A stretch of 64,000 nt of DNA from NCBI GenBank assembly GCA_963704645.1, contig OY969926.1:1202569-1266568 (forward strand). The letters run 5' to 3'. Shown here piece after piece: positions 18,401 through 21,898 of this stretch. Within the stretch, counting starts at the first letter, position 1. Each line of letters opens with the position of its first letter. Both the position numbers and the translations under genes were made by a program. The stretch comes from an uncultured bacterium. Its GTDB lineage: Bacteria; Patescibacteriota; JACMRA01. The notes below the pieces were generated by a model. The model was not told where the DNA came from. It searched no databases and saw only the letters and a list, made by a program, of their open reading frames with translations.

Positions 18401-21157
18401 AGAAAGCAAGGCGCAAGTATGATAGAATCCAGCATTAGCACTGATTGCATTAGATCCTAAATTTATATCAGGTCCAGGTGCGTTTCTTTGAGTAGAATCT
18501 CCATAACCTAATTGGCCATTGGAGTTGCTTCCCCAGCATTTTACATTTCCTGCTGTAAGTACAGCACAGGTATGATCGCCTCCAGTAATAACCTGTATTG
18601 CGGTGCCGCCTAAAGCTATGTCTGGCCCTGGAGTATTTCTTGTTGTTGTATTACCATAGCCTAGTTGACCATTAAAATTACTACCCCAGCATTTCACGTT
18701 TCCATTAGAAAGTAAGGCGCATGTGTGAGCACCTCTAGAGCTAATCTGAGTAGCAGTAGACCCAAGACTAATACTTGGTCCAGGGGCATTTCTCTGGGTA
18801 AAATCGCCATAGCCCAATTGTCCATTTCCATTATTTCCCCAACATTTTACACTTCCGTTAGAAAGTAAGGCACATGTGTGAAAATATCCAGAGGTAATTT
18901 GAGTTGCGGTATCTCCTAAAGGTATATCAACCCCTGGCGTGCTTAAGTTTGCAGTGTCGCCATAGCCTAGCTGGCCGTTTCCATTGTAACCCCAACATTT
19001 TACGCTACCATTCGAGAGTAAGGCACAAGTGTGAAGCGATCCGCTACTTGTCTTTACAACTCTAGCTTGATTACTAAATCCTGCTCCTGTAAAAGTTACT
19101 GTAGTTCCTCCAAGTATGTTACCAGTATTTGGTGCAAGTATTATAGGCTCTACTACTATATCGTTGCCGTTAATATAAGTGGAGCTACTTCCACTAGCTG
19201 CAAATTGACTTGTAAGAGTTGTTACATTAGTTCCAACATTAACATTATTACATGCTAAAGTTGTACCGCTAGCAGCTAAAGGACAATTAACAACTGTACC
19301 AGAATCTCCTATACGTACATTCACACTTCCTGAAAGAATGTTTTGGTCTGTGCTGGTTGTAATTGTACAGTTTACTGTAGTGTTTGCTATTGCTGTGGTT
19401 GGGTTGCAGGTTAGCGATGAAATGTTTGAATTTTGAATTGGTGTAATTGGTATAACCACTATATCATTACCATTAACATAAACAGAACTACTTCCACTAG
19501 CACTATATTGACTTGTTAAAGTTCCACCATTACTTCCAACATTAACATTATTACATGCTAAAGTTGTACCGCTAGCAGCTAAAGGACAATTAACAACTGT
19601 ACCAGAATCTCCTATACGTACATTCACACTTCCTGAAAGAATGTTTTGGTCTGTGCTGGTTGTAATTGTACAGTTTACTGTAGTGTTTGCTATTGCTGTG
19701 GTTGGGTTGCAGGTTAGCGATGAAATATTGGAGTTTTCTATTGGAGTGGTTGGTATTACAACTATATCATTGCCATTAGCATAAACAGGGCTGCTTCCAC
19801 TAGCACTATACTGACTAGCAAATGTTCCACCATTATTTCCTACAGGAATATTATTACAGCTAATACTTGTACCGCTTGCTGCTATGGGACAGTTTACTAT
19901 TGTACCAGAATCTCCTATACGTACATTCACACTTCCTGAAAGTGTATTTTGGTCTACGTTAGTTATTATGGTACAGTTTACTGTGGTGTTTACTATTCCT
20001 GTGACTGGGTTACAGGTTAAACTTGTAATATCAGAGTTTTGAATGGCTGGATTTAAATTTGGTATTTCATAAGTAATTCTATAATTATTTGTTAAAACAT
20101 TACTTCTATAGACTGCTTGTCTTCCAACTAACCCCAAACTATCTGACAAACCTATACTTGCTGAACTTCCAAGCTCAGACATATTTAAATATTGAATAGC
20201 TATCGCTCCATTTTGACTTAATAATACCTGAAAAGTTAATGAGCCACTTCCACAACATTTCTGTACCTGATTCCACTCTATAACAAAAGTTTGATTGCCA
20301 GGATCTCCAATTGTTTTGGTATAAATGGTACCTTGTCCTCCTCCATTATATAAATCTGCCCAATATGGAGCTATAATATTCCTACTTGATGTACCTGTAG
20401 ATGGCAAAACAGTATTACTATAAGATGAGTTAGCACCGTTAAATGAAATTAAACCATTAGAGCTAATGTACATTGAATTATATGCATTACCATAAAAATT
20501 AAAGGTAAATGGTAAAGATTTTAAAATTGAATTATCGTCTGCAAATAAGCCGGTACTATCACCATCGGTTGCGTCTACCCAGCTAAACCCCGAAGCGTTA
20601 AGTGTTTGTGTATAGTTAAATGGTTCAGCTGAAACCACTATATCATTACCATTAGCATAAACAGAACTACTTCCACTAGCACTATACTGACTTGTTAAAG
20701 TGCCGGGATTACTGCCAACAGGAATGTTATTACAAGAAATAGTTGTGCCACTTGCTTCTACCGGACAGTTTACTACTATACCAGATGTTCCTATACGCAC
20801 ATCTACGCTTCCTGTAAAAGTACTTTGATCTTCATTAGTTGTTATAATACAATTTACTGTAGTGTTTACAATTGCTGCAGTTGGTTCACAAATTAATGAT
20901 GCAATGTCTTCATTAACTATATCTCCAGAAGCTTGAGCTATTTTAAAATCTCTTGGTGTAAGATTAGAAGCAGCCATTAGCCCACCTATAAGCATTATTA
21001 AGGTTAAAAGTAGCAACCCTGTATTAAGAAACTTATTATTGTTGAATTTACGGGTTTTTAAAATTTTTTTAAACCAATTTAACTTAGCCTGTGGGCCACT
21101 TCTGAAACTCATATTTATTTCTATTTTTGTTTTAAAGTTACTATAACCCTTAACCAC
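3467..21157 (-). CDS. Giant (5,896 aa) mosaic cell-surface protein: four-Cys modules, NIDO-like, 5x RCC1 propeller, IPT/TIG, CUB, SBBP propeller, 12x cadherin-like, DUF11-like, sortase-type C-terminal signal
   Basis: A single uninterrupted 17.7-kb ORF. It has an N-terminal basic segment plus a TM helix ('[16 protein letters not shown]'). Domain motifs are listed in the sub-features below. It ends with LVRTGG, a hydrophobic helix and a KKKK tail. Confidence 0.9.
   Translation of the reverse strand: [5896 protein letters not shown]
3470..3580 (-). other. C-terminal sortase-like sorting signal (LVRTGG + TM helix + KKKK)
   Basis: '[38 protein letters not shown]'. The L-V-R-T-G codons are at 3580-3566. 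The tripartite layout matches LPXTG signals, but Pro is replaced by Val. Confidence 0.5.
5311..5693 (-). repeat. Near-identical intragenic duplicate, copy 1 (partner 7099-7475)
   Basis: Blocks 5311-5480 and 5523-5693 match 7099-7268 and 7305-7475 by eye. The offset is 1788 nt for the first block and 1782 nt for the second, because of a 6-nt in-frame indel. The encoded peptides '[55 protein letters not shown]' and '...[53 protein letters not shown]' occur twice verbatim. Confidence 0.8.
7099..7475 (-). repeat. Near-identical intragenic duplicate, copy 2 (partner 5311-5693)
   Basis: See the partner feature at 5311-5693. Confidence 0.8.
7880..9270 (-). other. SBBP-type beta-propeller region
   Basis: Repeated pattern '...(V/Y)(V/Y)(V/T)G.F.G(T/S).TFG...L......D(I/V)F(I/V)AK(L/I)...G...W(A/V)K..GG', as in SBBP repeats (for example '[23 protein letters not shown]' and '[22 protein letters not shown]'). 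Confidence 0.6.
9411..9763 (-). other. CUB domain
   Basis: '[99 protein letters not shown]...SGFNANW' fits the CUB consensus C.G....G.i.S..Y....C.W.I......i.L.F..f.lE...D.v.vYDG......g.f.G...P..i.S.s..l.i.F.SD....GF.A.y. Confidence 0.7.
9960..10560 (-). other. Beta-helix / autotransporter-associated (PATR-like) repeat region
   Basis: Gly/Asn/Thr-rich degenerate repeats such as '[16 protein letters not shown]', '[19 protein letters not shown]' and '[31 protein letters not shown]'. The family assignment is tentative. Confidence 0.35.
10890..11945 (-). repeat. RCC1 propeller 5 (7 RCC1 repeats), flanked by IPT/TIG domains
   Basis: Seven ~50-aa repeats of 'HTC(A/T)(L/V)LS.G.[13 protein letters not shown]...R..PG.D(I/V).LG..A.Q(I/V)..G'. 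An upstream IPT segment reads '[28 protein letters not shown]', and a downstream one reads '[38 protein letters not shown]'. Confidence 0.8.
12035..12330 (-). repeat. Four-Cys ~97-aa module, copy 10
   Basis: 'DITSLTCNP....[46 protein letters not shown]....[24 protein letters not shown]'. Confidence 0.7.
12510..13570 (-). repeat. RCC1 propeller 4 (7 RCC1 repeats)
   Basis: Same repeat signature as propeller 5, again bracketed by IPT/TIG-like segments. Confidence 0.8.
13665..14265 (-). repeat. Four-Cys module, copies 8-9 (tandem)
   Basis: Same consensus: (D/N)I(A/S/T)SL.C.P......VNC.I.T...Q....GSV.VRIG.SG.VVNCP...SG.T..CNN(I/V).(V/L)G...[14 protein letters not shown].D(I/V).V. Confidence 0.7.
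14450..15510 (-). repeat. RCC1 propeller 3 (7 RCC1 repeats)
   Basis: Same repeat signature (for example '[27 protein letters not shown]'). Confidence 0.8.
15595..16190 (-). repeat. Four-Cys module, copies 6-7 (tandem)
   Basis: Same consensus as copies 8-9. Confidence 0.7.
16380..17440 (-). repeat. RCC1 propeller 2 (7 RCC1 repeats)
   Basis: Seven repeats counted explicitly, from [26 protein letters not shown] through [26 protein letters not shown]. Confidence 0.8.
17525..17815 (-). repeat. Four-Cys module, copy 5
   Basis: Same consensus as copies 8-9. Confidence 0.7.
18000..19070 (-). repeat. RCC1 propeller 1 (7 RCC1 repeats)
   Basis: Seven repeats counted explicitly, from [26 protein letters not shown] through [26 protein letters not shown]. 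Confidence 0.8.
19145..20050 (-). repeat. Four-Cys module, copies 2-4 (tandem, 303-nt period)
   Basis: Same consensus as copies 8-9. Copies 3 and 4 share a perfect ~193-bp run (19231-19423 = 19534-19726, offset 303). Confidence 0.8.
20065..20620 (-). other. NIDO-like (nidogen-like) domain
   Basis: '[27 protein letters not shown]....[23 protein letters not shown]..........FVIEWNQV' matches the NIDO pattern f.FyG..y..lyvs.NGliSF......iaPfWaDvd....G.vyy. Confidence 0.6.
20630..20925 (-). repeat. Four-Cys module, copy 1
   Basis: '[92 protein letters not shown]'. Confidence 0.7.
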
Positions 21158-21382
21158 ATTTTTGTCATTTTGAGTTTTTTTAAGCTGGGTATATTTTACA
21201 CTACTTTTCTACAAAAAAACTTTTCCATACTTAATAATATTTTGTTTCAGTTTTTAATCTATAAATGTTTAGAAGTATTATATTTAAATGAAATAATAAG
21301 AAAAGCTTGTAGAAAATTAATTGCTTGGAAAACAAAAATTGTATGCTTGTATTCAGATGGTAAATTTGCAGGTAACAAAAGA

Positions 21383-21703
21383 ATGAATTGGAAATTTTGG
21401 GTATTATTTGTTGTGGCAATCTATTTGATTGCAGTCCTAAGACTTGATGTACTGAGCACGTTAATTGCACTAGTTGGTCTCGCAATTGGTTTATTTGTAA
21501 TCACAAGTGTTTTTGTTCTTGTAGTAATAATTTTGATTATCTCCGCAATTTTATCAATTCCATATTTGGCTCTAGGTTGCCATGGGATTGTAATAAAGAA
21601 TGGTGAAACTTTTTGCACAAAAGGAGATGGTGCAGTCATTAAAGTCAATAATGTTAATACATTTTTCGGGGTAATGGCAAAATCCGCTCCTTCATTAATA
21701 TGA
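21383..21703 (+). CDS. Small membrane protein (106 aa; 2-3 TM helices), hypothetical
   Basis: The internal ATG at 21383 ('MNWKFWVLFVVAIYLIAVL...') is preferred over the listed start at 21170, because the first 71 codons overlap the promoter region of the giant gene. The TGA stop is followed by a terminator hairpin. Confidence 0.4.
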   Translation: MNWKFWVLFVVAIYLIAVLRLDVLSTLIALVGLAIGLFVITSVFVLVVIILIISAILSIPYLALGCHGIVIKNGETFCTKGDGAVIKVNNVNTFFGVMAKSAPSLI

Positions 21704-21710
21704 ACTTTTC

Positions 21711-21737
21711 AAGCCCCAAATGTAGGGGCTTGTTTCT
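21711..21737 (+). terminator. Rho-independent terminator candidate
   Basis: AAGCCCC-aaatgta-GGGGCTT (7-bp stem) followed by gtttctt, 8 nt after the TGA stop at 21701-21703. Confidence 0.55.
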
Positions 21738-21834
21738 TGGGCAATTTTAGATTGTGTGTAATTGATTATGTTTAAACTACTTATATTTTGATGGTTTGAT
21801 TTTGGGTATTGGACTAATTTAGTTTTAAGGCCGC

Positions 21835-21858
21835 AAAAAGGAGATGACAAGCATCTCC
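21835..21858 (-). terminator. Rho-independent terminator of topA
   Basis: On the minus strand, GGAGATG-cttgt-CATCTCC followed by TTTTT, about 40 nt after the topA stop. Confidence 0.6.
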
Positions 21859-21898
21859 CCTACGCTTGTCTCAAATTATATTATGAGACTCTAGAACC

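Noticed and set aside
4111-19258. About 20 ORFs of 60-100 aa, mostly on the plus strand, nested inside the giant minus-strand gene (for example 4281-4466, 8079-8360, 10413-10721, 19031-19258).
   Set aside because: All lie entirely within a 17.7-kb ORF that has strong domain signatures. Their translations are low-complexity mirror images of the repeats. None has its own promoter, leader or motif evidence.
21170-21382. The 5' extension of ORF 21170-21703 (the first 71 codons).
   Set aside because: It starts 13 nt from the giant gene's start codon on the opposite strand, so it lies in that gene's promoter and leader region. The hydrophobic membrane protein begins cleanly at the ATG at 21383.
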